Shown: positions 36,982 to 50,665, counted from the first letter of the stretch. The stretch is DNA of 64,000 bases from Selaginella moellendorffii (GCF_000143415.4 NW_003314267.1:3489858-3553857), one strand, 5' to 3'. Notes: generated by a model not told the origin, from the letters alone. A program made the numbers and translations.

Positions 36982-39105
36982 ATACCCTGAACTCTACAAA
37001 TGCCCAGTCAAGGCAACTGGGTTGGCAGGAGCAAGAAGACTATAGGCTAGTGCCCAAGTTACTCAAAGTTGCCCAAAATGCCTGTGATGAAGAGGAATAA
37101 GGGAAGGAGGCCTCAAGCATATGTAACCATTGACTCGTAGGTAACCACCGAAGTAGTCGCTGGAGGAACAGCCGCTAGAGTAGCCACTAGAGGAATAGCC
37201 GGTATAACCGCTAGAGTAGTGTAGCGCACGTGGTTTTGACCCTTTATCCTATGGTGATTTACCATAGGATAACACCACGAAGCGGAACCTAACCCTCTTT
37301 GTGCCACGTGACAGATGCTATGTGTCACATGCCACGTGTCCATAGGAACCCGAGGTTCAGGGTCTTTGGCCACTTAACGAAGGAACGGTGCCAAACTCCC
37401 AAGCGTGAAGCCAAAGAATGATGGAACCGAACCACGGAGCAACTCCCGGGCATATAGCCCAAGGAGCGAAGGGACAGGAGCCCGGAGCGACTTGGAATAG
37501 TCCTAGAGAAACTAACATCCCAATGCCAGGACTAGCATGCAAAACGGAGCCAAACGGAGTCTAGCGCTATTTCGGCATACCGGTGGCCTAACGTGAGGAT
37601 ATGGGTACTCCACCAGCTAGCATGGAATGGAACTTGGGCTTAGACCCAAGCTGGACGCAGAACAAGGACAAGCACGCAAGCAGGAACTAGACTATACCTC
37701 AGGTTGGTCGGTCATGCCCGACCTACCCACTATCCCTACTATACATTTGGAACCCCCCATAGCTACTACTTCCAGTAAGCTTGAAACCGGGTGATGTAGT
37801 CAGGAACAGACTTGTGAGCACTCTGCCGGAACGAAAAGAGGTCGACAAGTAGCTAATTTGTGGGTTTTTCCTCAACGAAGCGTTCTCTGAAAGAAGCAAG
37901 TAGTGTTTGGAAGTCTGTCCGGTCCTCTGGGAGGAGAGAATCTGCCCAAGTTGCTGCTTTACCTTCAAGAGACTGCAAGAAGTCGCGGCACATACGATCA
38001 TCATCGACGATCATGTTTGTGGTGCAATAGTAATCAAAGCGACTGATATGCGATGTTGGAGAGAATGTTCCAACACCTGAGAAGGTCGGCAGATCACTCC
38101 CCTTCTGCAGAACATGGAGCTGAGGTCGAGCTAAAGGTGGCTGCGCCATAGCTCGTAAATCTAAGTCACTGGAATCCACTGAGAATGAAGAGGACTCGGC
38201 CCGAGAAGGTGCAATGTCGTACCTAAGCTGCCTTTGGATGTTAGAAAGTTTACTCCGTACCTTAGGGCCTTGAGGTACAGTAAATGGGTGCCAATTTGTC
38301 GCACGTCTAGTTTGTACCGGCATCAAATACCCTGAACTCTACAAATGCCCAGTCAAGGCAACTGGGTTGGCAGGAGCAAGAAGACTGTAGGCTAGTGCCC
38401 AAGTTACTCAAAGTTGCCCAAAATGCCTGTGATGAAGAGGAATAAGGGAAGGAGGCCTCAAGCATATGTAACCATTGACTTGTAGGTAACCACCGAAGTA
38501 GCCGCTGGAGGAATAGCCGCTAGAGTAGCCACTAGAGGAATAGCCGGTATAGCCGCTAGAGTAGTGTAGCACACGTGGTTTTGACCCTTTATCCTATGGT
38601 GATTTACCATAGGATAACACCACGAAGCGGAACCTAACCCTCTTTGTGCCACGTGACAGATGCTATGTGTCACATGCCATGTGTCCATAGGAACCCGAGG
38701 TTCAGGGTCTTTGGCCACTTAACGAAGGAACGGTGCCAAACTCCCAAGCGTGAAGCCAAAGAGTGATGGAACCGAACCACGGAGCAACTCCCGAGCATAT
38801 AGCCCAAGGAGCGAAGGGACAGGAGCCCGGAGCGACTTGGAATAGTCCTGGAGCAACTAGCATCCCAATGCCAGGACTAGCATGCAAAACGGAGCCAAAC
38901 GGAGTCTAGCATTATTTCGGCATACCAGTGGCCTAACGTGAGGATATGGGTACTCCACCAGCTAGCATGGAATGGAACTTGGGCTTAGACCCAAGCTGGA
39001 CGCAGAACAAGGACAAGCACACAAGCAGGAACTAGACTATACCTCAGGTTGGTCGGTCATGCCCGACCTACCCACTATCCCTACTATACATTTGGAACCC
39101 CCCTC
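36420..39105. repeat. Tandem duplication, period 1345 bp (gag 5' end, leader and partial LTR)
   Basis: ORF starts 36981/38326, 37373/38718 and 37542/38887 all differ by 1345; the copies differ by scattered substitutions. Confidence 0.93.
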
Positions 39106-39684
39106 CCCTTATGGAACACATGCTTTGGGCTTTCACCCCAAGCCTCCTTTAGTATCAGGAGTTAGTCTCTGGGACAAGTTTGAAACTTACTAAATATGGA
39201 ATGTCCTTAGATTGCGAATTTGGACATGGGACAAACACCATTATGTTCAGGCTGATCTCTACATTCCGTAGATATGCCAAATGAGCAAATCTGGACACTT
39301 TCCATAAATAGCATTTGGGACCGAAATGAGACTAACACAAAGGGCATGATAGCGAGGGTGTTTGGCAGACACGGTAAGCTATCATCTAGCGAATATTGAG
39401 GGACCAATCTCAATATCGCAGGGTTCCCAACACTAGCAAGTGCAAGCCAACGAATGAGTTTCTCTAACCAGGTCAAGTATGCTTGACTAATAACACTTAG
39501 GAATTCCGTTCTTATGCCCATCTGGTCAAGTGCACACGCGAGGACCAGTTTCTCAACTAGCTTAGGCGGAGACTGATAATAGGTCCAGCAATACCGACCT
39601 CCTGCCATCGTGGCAGTAAGGTAAGAGTGTCCGTAAGGACTAGTTGACAAGTAAATTTCGATACCCGAAGTCACATTCGCGACA
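38565..39684 (-). mobile_element. Solo LTR of the Tat LTR family inserted in the Tat leader (partial duplicate at 37220-~37760)
   Basis: TGTAGC...GCGACA ends, homologous to 28183-29304; flanks AGTAG/AGTAA. Confidence 0.85.
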
Positions 39685-40911
39685 AGTAACTGCTAGAGGA
39701 ACAGCCGGGGAAGCCGCTGGAGTAGCTGCTGAAATAGCTGCCAAAGTAGCCGGTAACCGGTAACCAGTAGCCGGGGACCTGTAACCGGTAACCATCTACT
39801 CTCACTCCTACTCCTGCGTCTGTTCCTACTATCCCTGTTCCTATGCCAACCCTTATTCTTGCTCCCCCTGTTCCTGTTTCTACGCCTACCTGTTCCTTGA
39901 AGATTGCTTCGTTCCCAAATAACCTCCAACAAAGTTTAGCCCAAAAGAGAAAAATGAGTCCTCTAGTTTTGATTCTTTCCCATTTTGACTGTTGATGGGC
40001 TCGTTGGAAAGAGCTCAGCCTCGTCTACCTCTTATCGCAAGAATTTGTGAAGAAGCTGCCTCAATATCCCCTGAAATCCACAAAGAGTTAGCCCAGAACG
40101 CCAATATTGTGGAAAAACATGTGCATGTCACTGATGTAGATCAATACTAAGGCGCCGTTGGTATTTTCGGAAAGCCTAGGACTAGGAGCACCTCTAGAAA
40201 CAAACGGCAGCCAAAACAAAGTCCGGAGAAGCACGAATTCCTGCTGCAAAGATGACCCAATCTAGCCGGAGAAGGAAATCCTTTTGCATGCCGTCAATTT
40301 GGCCAAATCTAGTGCCAAGAATCACCACTACTTGTAGATCAAACTAGGTAGTTTGATTACTCAATAGACTAATCCTTATTGTCTTGATTGATCCACTTAT
40401 AATCTTGCTCAGGAAGGATCCACTAGTGCCGTGCTAAACAGTTACAGACTAGCCTATTTGCCACTCTTTGCAAACCCAGGGAAAGTTTACTTTTCAGCCA
40501 TGGTACATGGAACAACTCACGGAACTATTAATAGGCTAACATTAATCCTGCCAACTCAAATTGTGACCTTGAGTTGCTAATGTGCCTCACTCACGAGCCC
40601 AAGTGCAAATTCGTGCAAACGGAGCAACTCAATCCATCTTATGAACCCAAGAGTAAGCTCACATAATATGGAACAAAAAGAAAACCAAACTCCATACCCA
40701 AGGAATGAATGTGAAGTCTTAGCACCCAAACATGTACCCACTCGGATCATTGTTTTCATCTTTGCATATGCAATAATACTAGTTGCCCAATCTCATTGGA
40801 TAGTACTCGTTGAGACTCATCTTCTAATACTAAATGTAGTGCATGTGGTTTTGACTCTTTATCCTATGGTGATTTACCATAGGATAACACCACGAAGCGG
40901 AACCTAAATCC

Positions 40912-41011
40912 NNNNNNNNNNNNNNNNNNNNNNNNNNNNNNNNNNNNNNNNNNNNNNNNNNNNNNNNNNNNNNNNNNNNNNNNNNNNNNNNNNNNNNNNN
41001 NNNNNNNNNNN
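40912..41011. other. Assembly gap (100 N), followed by low-quality sequence to ~41452
   Basis: Run of N, then a homopolymer-stuttered version of the LTR. Confidence 0.95.
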
Positions 41012-43310
41012 AAAAAAGAAAGGGGCCCAACCCCCCAACAAAAAACCCCGAAAGGGAAGAACCCTTTTTTGGGAAAACCTTTGGGGGGTCCCCCCCAAGG
41101 GGAAAGGGGCCAAGCCCCGGAGGGGCCTGGAAATTTTTGGGGGCCCCCCCCCCCCCCAGGGGGGGGGTTTCCCTCAAAAGGGGGGCAAAAGGAGTTTTGG
41201 GGTTTTTTGGGAATTTGGGGGGCCAAACCAAGGGAAAAGGGTCCTTTTCCACCAAAAATGGGGGGAAACGGGGGTTTGGCCCCACCCGGGGGGAAAAAAG
41301 GGGGGGGGCCCCCAAAAAAAGGGTTAAAAAGTGGGTTTTCCCCCAAAGTGGGTAACCCATTTTTGCCCCCCCCCTTTCCCCTCCCAAATTTTTAAACCCC
41401 CCATAACCCCCCAAAAACCCCCTTGCCCCCCCCCCCCCCCCCCCCCCCCCCCCGAGGAACACACGCTTTGGGCTTTCACCCCAAGCTTCCCTTAGTATTA
41501 GGAGTTAGTCTCTGGGTCTCTGGGACAAGCTCAAAACTTACTAAATATGGAATGTTTCTAGATTGTGAATTTGGACACGGGACAAACACCATTGTGTTCA
41601 GAACAATCTCTACATTCTGTAGATGTGCCAAATGAGCAAATCTAGATACTTTCCATAAATAGCATTTGGGACCGAATTGAGACTAACACAAAAAGCATGA
41701 TAGCGAGGGTGTTTGGCAAATACAGTAAGCTATCATCTAATGAATATTGAGGGACCAATCTCAATATCATGGGGGTTCTTGATACTAGCAAGTGCAAGCC
41801 AATAACTCAAATTTCTCAAACTAGGTCGAGTATGCTCAGCAAGAAACACATAGGATTCCTACTTTATGTTTATCCAATCCAAGTACATGGTCATTAACCA
41901 GTTTCTCAACTAGCTCAAGTGGGAAATTGATAACAGGTCCAGCAATACCGACCTCCTACCGTTGTGGCAATAAGGAAAGAATATCCGAAAGGACTAGCCG
42001 ATAGGTAAATTTTGATACCCTATGTAATGTATGGTTAATATATGCAATGGAATGGCGCTGACCAGGCTGTCGCGAATGTGACTTCTGGTATCAAGAAACT
42101 TCATGCATATTTACATGGTTCTCAAATATTACTAGAAGGTGATCATATTACTATTATTTCATTATTGAAGTGGAAGAACTTGGTTTGTTGTACTGCTTGG
42201 TGGGTTTTGAAGCTTCAGATATATGATTTTGATGTTATTCATCGCCTAGGGAGTTTTATGATTGATATTGATGCCCTTTCTCGAGCTCTTCTTCCTTCTT
42301 TGCTCTCTTCTCATGTTTTTGACAAGCCTGTTATTCTAGTATTTGTGGATTTTCTAAATGAGGATTTTGTGCTGTTGGCAGTTGTTGTACTTGACATTTA
42401 GTGTCCACAAGATGCCGAACAAAATCTACTTTCTCTTAATAAGGTTTGCGAGACTCAAAAGATTGAGTAATGGATTCAAAAGCTTCGAGATGGGTTTGAG
42501 AATCTTGCATCACTTGCTGATGAATTGCCATTTTGGCATTTACATTCTCAATATCACTTTGAAGAAGGCCTTCTTTATTTTGTGGGGATGGATCTTGATG
42601 ATTATTTATGGCTGGTGGTGCCTTCAATTTTTATTCTATAATTTCTCCATGTTTACAATGATTCTTATATTCTAGGCGGGCATATAGGACATCGTCATGT
42701 GATCGAGAAGTTGCACAGATTTTTCTATTGGTCAGAGATGCGATGTGATGTTATCTAGTATGTGCATAGTTGTGTTTGGTGTTAAGCTCGTAATACTCCC
42801 CCTTGGGCTATGGAAGGATGGTTAGAGTTAATTGCAATTTCCCGTTCATTTGAGTTGGTGGCAATTAATTTTATGGAACTTTTTCCATGATCGACTGTTG
42901 GCAATGAGTATGTTATTATTGCTTCTAATTACATAACTCACTAGGTAGAAGTTGGTGCTCTTGCTAGTGCCTTTGCAATAGTTGTTGAATACTTCCTCTT
43001 TAATTGAGTGGTGTTCCAGCATTCTTATTTGGAGCGGATTCTTTTGGATAATAGTCCCGTATTTATAGTTGAAGCATTTCATGTTTTGACATCTCTGTTG
43101 GGGATACACCATACTTTCACCAGTGTTTATCATCCACGGTTAGACAGTTTGGTCAAATGGCTTGTTCAGACATTTAAAGGGATGATCGAGAAGTACATGA
43201 ACTTTCAGCTTTCAGATTGGGATGATTATTTGCCGTCTCTTCGGTATACATATGTCATAGGGGTGCAGAGTTATGTTGGTGCTTCACCATATAAACTTCT
43301 ATATGGTCAT

Positions 43311-43803
43311 TGTAGCATATATAATCATGGGATGAGATTTGAATATACTATCACTATGGATCTTTGGAACTTTGGGGGATAAATGGGATAAAATAGCCAC
43401 TAAGGGCTCTCTCATCAAGCAATTGTCCCATTTTCAGTTGGTTTAAAGGGAGAGAGATAAAGTGTGCTACATGTGGTATCGGAGCAAATGGCACAAGTTT
43501 GATTCTCATTAATTAGTGGCTACTTAAAAATATAATATACCCTTAAGTAAGATATATTCCTACCCCTAAATTTGAAATCGTACGTATTGGGCATCCATGC
43601 GTATGTCCTTCCTATTTTTTTCGTATTTCATGCTAGAATAGCTAGTCTACACAATAGAAGGATTGATAGATTCAGTGCGGAAATGGAGGTGTTAGTTCCC
43701 CTTGGCTTAGTAGAGGTTGTTAGTCAATAGTTAATGAGGACATTAACATCCCGTTCAAGGGGTTGTTAGTCAATAGTCAATGAGAGAGATAAGGTGCACT
43801 ACA
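43311..43803 (+). mobile_element. TRIM-like miniature LTR element inserted in the integrase
   Basis: TG...CA ends with perfect 5-bp TSD GTCAT; 5' LTR 43311-43471 then PBS TGGTATCGGAGC; ends with a copy of the LTR end (GAGAGAGATAA.GTG..CTACA). Confidence 0.85.
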
Positions 43804-45712
43804 GTCATGATCCAATACTACCAATGAAGTTGAATTTACCTTCATAGTTGCCATGAGCTGCCAATGCTAGGTCATGGAATCAATATTTGACGAGCATTCT
43901 TCCACTTGTCTGAGAAAAGTCTGTTGAACAACTAGGCTACGTACAAGTGGGACAACAATGGCACTATAACTCCCATCATCGTCCACCTGCAGAGTATAAA
44001 GTGAATGACTTGGTGTTAATTCATTTTCCCCATTTTACTATATGTGGTTTATCTAAAGGGCTCTTTGCTCAATGGAAAGGATTATATCGAATGTTACAGC
44101 AAGTTGGACCACAAGTTTATAAAGTTCGGCATGATGTCTAGCAGGCTGATCCTCCAGAAATTGTGCATATACAGCAGTTAAAATGCTTTGTACAAAGGGA
44201 TTAAGAACAATTGATACCACCTACAGATCCACCGATGCCTCCTCCTGATGTTCCTCTAGATCTCGGCCCATCTATGAGAGAACTTTAATAATCTTCCATT
44301 ATTTCAAGAGGAGGGGATGATGTAAGGTCCAAGTGTACGACTACGATGCCGTATACTAATATTAGCATAGTGGGATTTGGTAACCGTTGGATTGGTTTCA
44401 ATCTAAAGCACTCGCTCTTGTATATAAACTAGAGTTTTTGGGCTAATTGATATGCATATTTTCTATATTCCTTTTCCATATTCCATGCACTCACAACTTG
44501 AATTTTCTTAGCTATCAATTATAATATTATATAATAGATTATAATAATATTTATATCAGCTTATTGTACTTCAACAAAATCTATACTAATAAAATAATAA
44601 AAACAGCTTGTAAGAAAATCATATATTATGTAATTTTGTATTAAAATAATAATAGTAGAGTTTCAATTATAAATTTATTAAGTTTAATTTGTAATAATTT
44701 ATTTGTGATAATTATCTAAATATGTTAGTAAGAGTTATAGTGTAAGTGAATATGAGAATATAAAGTTTTTTTCACTAGCACAATTTCTATATTACACTCT
44801 TAGTCCTTATGACCCACCTAGGAATGTATAAATTATTGTCACCATTAATAAAAATGCTTATGTTACTTTTGAAAGAATAGTCTAGAGTAAAAAACAATAG
44901 TGTAGAGTAAAAGAAATGAAGAAATAAACAATATGATAAAAAGCACCAACTTTTGATGGCATTATAGTTTATATATTAATTCATATAAAAAAACTCTTTT
45001 TGCCTACTTATATCCCAATCCTCCTATATAAGAAGATCAAAGCATATTTTTATGGTGAATCTCCATTAGGAATTTTTAGAAGTTGTTTGTGCATAATAAT
45101 AATAGAAATCAAACTCTTTGAAAGACTCAAAGTAGTCTGACATCAAAGAATCAAGTCCATCTACACTTCTAATATTGAAAGGTAATCTTGCATGAAAGTA
45201 ATGGTTATAGATGAAAATACTAATTTGTAATTATAAGATCTGACATTGTCATTAATATATAATAGACTTTTCATTTCAAGTATGCTAGTGGGCAAGCTGC
45301 ACAGTAGCAGAGGAGTGAGCCTCCAGGCCGTGGCGTGCCAAACATTGTGGCAACTATGATGGATCGAGCAAGCCGCATGCAGTTTTTAAGAAACCTGTCC
45401 AGCTTAGAAAAATGAGAGTTTTTTCCTTGTTCAAAAAAAGTGCGTGGTACAGTCCGTATGAGTCCCTATTCCACCTGGCGGCTACAGCATAAACAAAACA
45501 GATGGCGCAGTGATCCTCTGCCTCCAAGTGTCCACCCGCTTAGTTTCAGCCGCTTCTTGCACGGGGTGCAAGCAACGAGCCGCCCAACAGTGCCGAGGCG
45601 ATGCTAAAACGTGTCCCAATGATCGACTCGATTAAACAAAGTCTAGAGCACTCTAAAAGCCCAACAAGCACTAAAAAGAAATATCAACAGTATCTTTTTA
45701 CTTCAAGCCATT

Positions 45713-45860
45713 CTAACAAAGCAAGTGATTGTCACAGGAGTCTGCAACTGCATCCCAAACCAGCCTCCTGTTTGCCACATCTATCTTCCCTCTCAAAATC
45801 TCATAGTGCTTCAAACTTCCACATGAATAAATCATGCCACGGAGGTAAACATTTACCTCT
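45713..45860 (-). pseudogene. 3' fragment of an F-box/kelch-like paralog
   Basis: GSLKHYEILRGKIDVANRRLVWDAVAD is nearly identical to the C-terminus of 51907..52998; flanks 45360-45620 match 51740-51880. Confidence 0.85.
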
Positions 45861-48559
45861 TCATCAGCTACACCTTGGACATATGTGGCAACAAAGCCGA
45901 ATTTGAGTTTCAATGCCTTAGGTTATGAGATGAAGTGAAAAATCTTGAGTGTACAACCAAGGAGGGAAGAAATATGACTATGAAGCAACATCAAAATAGT
46001 CCTAGAATATCCAGAATCCCAAATTGAAACCATGCAGTATGTTAGTGACTTAATGTGAGAATATAAATACTTTATAAATTAGTATGTTATGAAGTTTGGG
46101 ATTAGATCTAAGTTGGACACAAGATAAAGAGTGCCACACTTAATGAGAAGGTGGACAATATCTCATGGCCATACTACTTCTAACCCCACTATCCCTATTA
46201 TGTATTTTGTACCCCCCCCCCCCCCTCCAATATAAGAGTATAACACTTTCTCTGTGGATATGTTTAATTGGCAATTCTAGTGATTTTTTATAAATAGCTA
46301 GCAAAATTGTAATAAATCCAACTCATGAGGCATGACAGTGAAAGTGTCATGTAGACATTGTAAGATATCATCTAGCAAATATTAAGGGACTAAAATACAT
46401 TTAGTATTAGAGGATTAGTCTCAACAAATACTATTGAACAAAAAGTCTTGTTACATATACAAAAATGATGATTTGAGTAGGTACATATATGGTTGCCATA
46501 ACTTCCCAAGTATCACTGGGTATTTGCTTGTACTATTTTATATTATATTATACTATTTGGTACCATGTTATACCTATTATACTATCTTGTACTATTATAT
46601 ATATATATATATATATAAATATAAGTGAAGCATATTAGTAATTTAAGGTTACATTTGAGTTAGTAGGGTTGATGTTAGCCTAATAAGTTGTTACTATGTA
46701 ACTATAGATATAAAATAAACCTCCCATAAGTTGCTATAAGTGGCAAATAGGCTAGTCTATTGTTGTTTAACACAACACTAGTAGATCTTTCCTACACATG
46801 ATTATTATTAGATCAATTAAAAATGTAAGGATTAATCTATTAGGTCAAGTAGTCATTATTATGCTCTTTCATTAATTTTTCTTAGGCTGGATTGAAAGTA
46901 GTGTGAATGCAAGCTTGAGATTTAGTTGAAGTTGAGTTCAAAAATAAAATCATCAAGGACAGAGGATTAACATGTAAATCATCTTCTCTCCTTCGAGTAC
47001 ATGATTTATAATGAGATGTAATCTCATTTTTTGTGTTCACATTATCTGATTAAGAGTCTCTATTTCAATACATGTTGGTTATACTAGTCTTATGACTGAT
47101 GTGCTATAGAATGAATAGCAATGAAGCAATAAACCCTTTTTGTTAGGCTTATCATTGGAAGACTTGTATTATAATAGGAAAAAAGAAAATATAATAAATA
47201 AATAAAATGAAATATGATGTTATAGTGAGAAAACACAATAAATACTTTCTTTTGTTATATTATGCTTGGTGGCAACTTATACTTTACATTTGGGTTAGAA
47301 TTTATAAAAGAGGTTATGAATTCCTGCTGATTTTGACTTTCTTAGTAATCTTATGGCTTAGTTGAGGATAGTGATGTCTAGCTTGATTGTTTATGCTTAA
47401 GATGTTAGTATATATACTATTGATATGTTTATTGTACTTATACAAGTCTAACTAATGGTTTTCAATTTAGTTTTGATTGAGTGTTAATTATTCATAGTTA
47501 GCATCTTTAGTCAAGTTTAGAACTATTGGATAAATATATTGGTGGGCTTATTGTTCTTAGATTGAATTTAAAAAGTTATTTAGTCTGTACTTATTTTTAT
47601 TTCTATATGTTATACTTGGACTTGTTAGACAAGTATATAGCTCAATTATGTGAATAATAAGCATGGTGGTTAGGTCTTATTGAAGAGTGATTGTTAGTTG
47701 TTTTACACTTAGTAATTATTTGTAACTTAGTTGTAATCAAATTTGATAATATTCACACTTTAATAAGTATATCACTATTAAATCATCATAGAGTAAAACA
47801 ACAATCCAGGGGTATCAGAAATTATTTGTTACCATGATGGTAAAAAATTGGTACTGCTAAGCCCTTTATCTCTCTATTTTAAAAACTAGTCATCATGTGT
47901 GCACTTAAAACAAAAGGGCACAAAGGAAATTCTAAGTTATTATTGAACCAATCATATTTAGCCTGATGATAAGAAATTTTTGTATTAGCTTGTATATACT
48001 AGTGTTTGGAACACAACTTGAGTCAGTCCTCTAAAATTAACTAGATAATAATTTATCATATACTTCTTACTATTGGGAACCTAAGGTTGAATACATGGCA
48101 GCAAGTTTTACTGCTAGAGAAATCGTCTAGCTGTGAAGAATTCTCTACAATCTAAAATAGCAATAGATAAAACTAATACCATTGTTTGTGATAATTAGAG
48201 CACCATTTACATGTAAAAAATCCAACGTTTCATATCTAGACAAAACACTTTGACATTTATAAAATGTCAAGGAAATCTAGATAGCTTCATTACCAAAATC
48301 AGTTTTTGAGAGCAGAAATCAAAACCATCAGTTTGATAGTAGTGTAAATTAAAATTTTAAACAAAAATTGTTTAGAAACTAAATTGAAACCATAAAAACT
48401 AATAAACCTTAGAATCTAAATTATTTAAAAAGAATAAAGAAGAAAATACTAAAAGCCCCCAAGAAAAACCATGAAAACCATGAAATTTTGAATTAGATAA
48501 AAATACTATCATTACCTTGAAATGTGGATTTTAATAAGGATAAATATTTTATTTAAACT

Positions 48560-49429
48560 TTAATTTAAAACATTATTGTGATTATATGTCTTTGTATCCC
48601 ATACTACATCATGTGGTGCAATTGATTTATATATTACAAAATTACAGTAATTTTGCATAATAGCATAAGTAAAAATAAAACAATCTGAACAATAATATTG
48701 TATTGACCATAAAGCTTTTTTATTTTCAGTATAAATTACAGAATTTCCATCAATTTGAGTTTTCCAATAACAAAACTTAAAATAATCTTCAGAGTTACTG
48801 GATTGCCATAAACGATATTTTCCTGAATAAAGTGAAGCTCTACAATTTGATTCAATGTAAAAAATATTTTTACCATTTGCAGAGATCAACATTTGATCTT
48901 TATAAAGTATATTATTTTCAAAAGCGGCATTTAAAGCATTTTTTGTTGTATCACAACCCATATATTCAGTGTAATTCATATAGAAATTAGTAATAGATGT
49001 TGTTTGACTGTTATTAAACCATAACAGAAAATTATATTGAAGTGTATATTTATCACCTATAATTTTACAAGACTTTGAACCTGTTTGAATCATAATTTTT
49101 TTATATAAATTTATTTTACTTCCAAAATTTCTTTTTAACAATTGACCAACAACACTATTACTCTCAGGTGAACATATTGATGGTTTACGTTGAATTTCTA
49201 CTGCAACTGCTCCTCTTTGAAAGTCAACATAAGTGAAATTATTAAAATCTGGTGGATAATCACCATATGTCTCAATTTTCTTAATAAGATATTGAAAACC
49301 ATGTTCTATAATATACTTCATCTCATTTTCAGTAAAAGTATTATTTTCACCCCATTCAACATATCCTATACAATAAATAATATTAATAGTTAGACTGAAG
49401 AAGAAAAGAAAAGAAAATATTCTAGCCAT
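48560..49429 (-). CDS. Secreted protein with unknown N-terminal domain and bulb-type lectin domain (paralog of 20678-21556)
   Basis: ATG at 49429 (MARIFSFLFFFSL, signal-like); colinear similarity to 20678..21556; QIDGNSVIY and QNYCNFVIY. Confidence 0.85.
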   Translation of the reverse strand: MARIFSFLFFFSLTINIIYCIGYVEWGENNTFTENEMKYIIEHGFQYLIKKIETYGDYPPDFNNFTYVDFQRGAVAVEIQRKPSICSPESNSVVGQLLKRNFGSKINLYKKIMIQTGSKSCKIIGDKYTLQYNFLLWFNNSQTTSITNFYMNYTEYMGCDTTKNALNAAFENNILYKDQMLISANGKNIFYIESNCRASLYSGKYRLWQSSNSEDYFKFCYWKTQIDGNSVIYTENKKALWSIQYYCSDCFIFTYAIMQNYCNFVIYKSIAPHDVVWDTKTYNHNNVLN

Positions 49430-49795
49430 AAAATATATTTTGCACAAATTATTTAATATTTAAAAGTGGGTTAAGATATAGTTATCGATGGGAATACCAA
49501 GAAATACTCCCTATTGTTAAAATATTTTATTTGCAATAATAAAGGACGAAACATTTGTCCATCCTTGAAATGATGGAACTTCATTGTGGTCATAGGTTCA
49601 ATAGTTAGCTGCTAGATATATCACACATGACAAGTCATGACATCATGATGTTGTGACTTATCATAAAAATTTGGTGACCTTGATGATCATAATATGAAAT
49701 AGAGATGGTTTTATTCCAAGATTTGTAGGTAGGTCATATTGTCAAACATATGCTATATATCACCAGTTCTATAAGTCATCCCAAAATCAAAATTA

Positions 49796-50457
49796 TCACC
49801 TAGTGCTAAGACTATCCTTGCCTTCTTGTAGCTAGAAAAGAACTACAGAATATTAAGCCATAAAAACATTATGAGAGGATGATACTATAGCCTGATGCTA
49901 TAAAACGGGATTCCCTACACATAAAAAGAACAAGAATGCTAAAAAGCTTGTAAAAATTGTTGTAAATAAAAATCTTATCAATGATATAAGTGTAAAAATT
50001 GCAACATACTATGTGCCCCTAGAGTTGAAGTTTGGTTGGGATTTCAACATTGGTGCAATCACTATAAAATTTTATATAGATGACCTATTTATCACTATAT
50101 TAAGCTTCAATTAAATAGATCTATGCATTATGAGCCACCAAGAAGTGGATAAAGTTTTGTAGAAGCTGAGCAAAAAGACCTAACTAACAAAGCAACATCA
50201 CTAATCACTAATGTTGATTTAGCTTGCTGGAACACTTAGAAGACACTCGATTTCCCATAGAGGCACAAAAATGCACTATAGCCTTGAATGGTTGTCCATA
50301 AGACAACACCTTCAATTCAATGCACTACATGAGTTACAACAAAACTCTTCAACTACGTCATAGGTATAAATTGGGTTTGCTTAATATTCTGTAATTCTTG
50401 CCTTTTGGTCGCTCTTTCTAGCTGCAGAAAGGCAGGGATAGTCTTAGCACTAGGTGA
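49796..50457. repeat. Inverted repeat pair, possible non-autonomous TIR element
   Basis: 49796-49858 (TCACCTAGTGCTAAGACTATCC...GAATATTAAGC) is inverted at 50379-50457. Confidence 0.7.
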
Positions 50458-50665
50458 CAATCTATTTTAGGCTAACATATAGGCCTAAAATCACAAATAT
50501 TAGCTTTAGTAGTCATCCTCGAACTTCAAATCTTGCATCTTAACTATATTTGCTTAATTCCAATCCTCTTGGCTTGGCCACCTTTTCCCTTTATTACAAT
50601 CTTTATATCACTTTTGTTGTTCCATGATTTTTCAAGTAATAGTGTAAGCAACTAAAGAAAACTAC

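Larger units (their letters stand above)
28183..42092 (-). mobile_element. Ty3/gypsy Tat-lineage element with additional RNase H between protease and RT
   Basis: LTRs 28183-29304 and 40835-~42092; PPT next to 29305; target duplication GCCTA/GCCTG; domain order gag-PR-aRH-RT-RH-INT. Confidence 0.9.
25388..44495 (+). mobile_element. Full-length degenerate Ty3/gypsy element (same family as 16147-19340) with nested insertions
   Basis: 5' LTR 25388-25546, PBS TGGTGGAAAT, gag-PR-RT-RH to 28182, resumes ~42093 with RH-INT, PPT 44307-44320, 3' LTR 44321-44495; ACTT on both flanks. Confidence 0.92.

Noticed and set aside
41012-41452. G/C/A homopolymer-rich region with Gly/Pro/Lys ORFs, potential G-quadruplexes
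   Set aside because: Adjacent to a gap and recognisably a stuttered LTR copy; low-quality read end.
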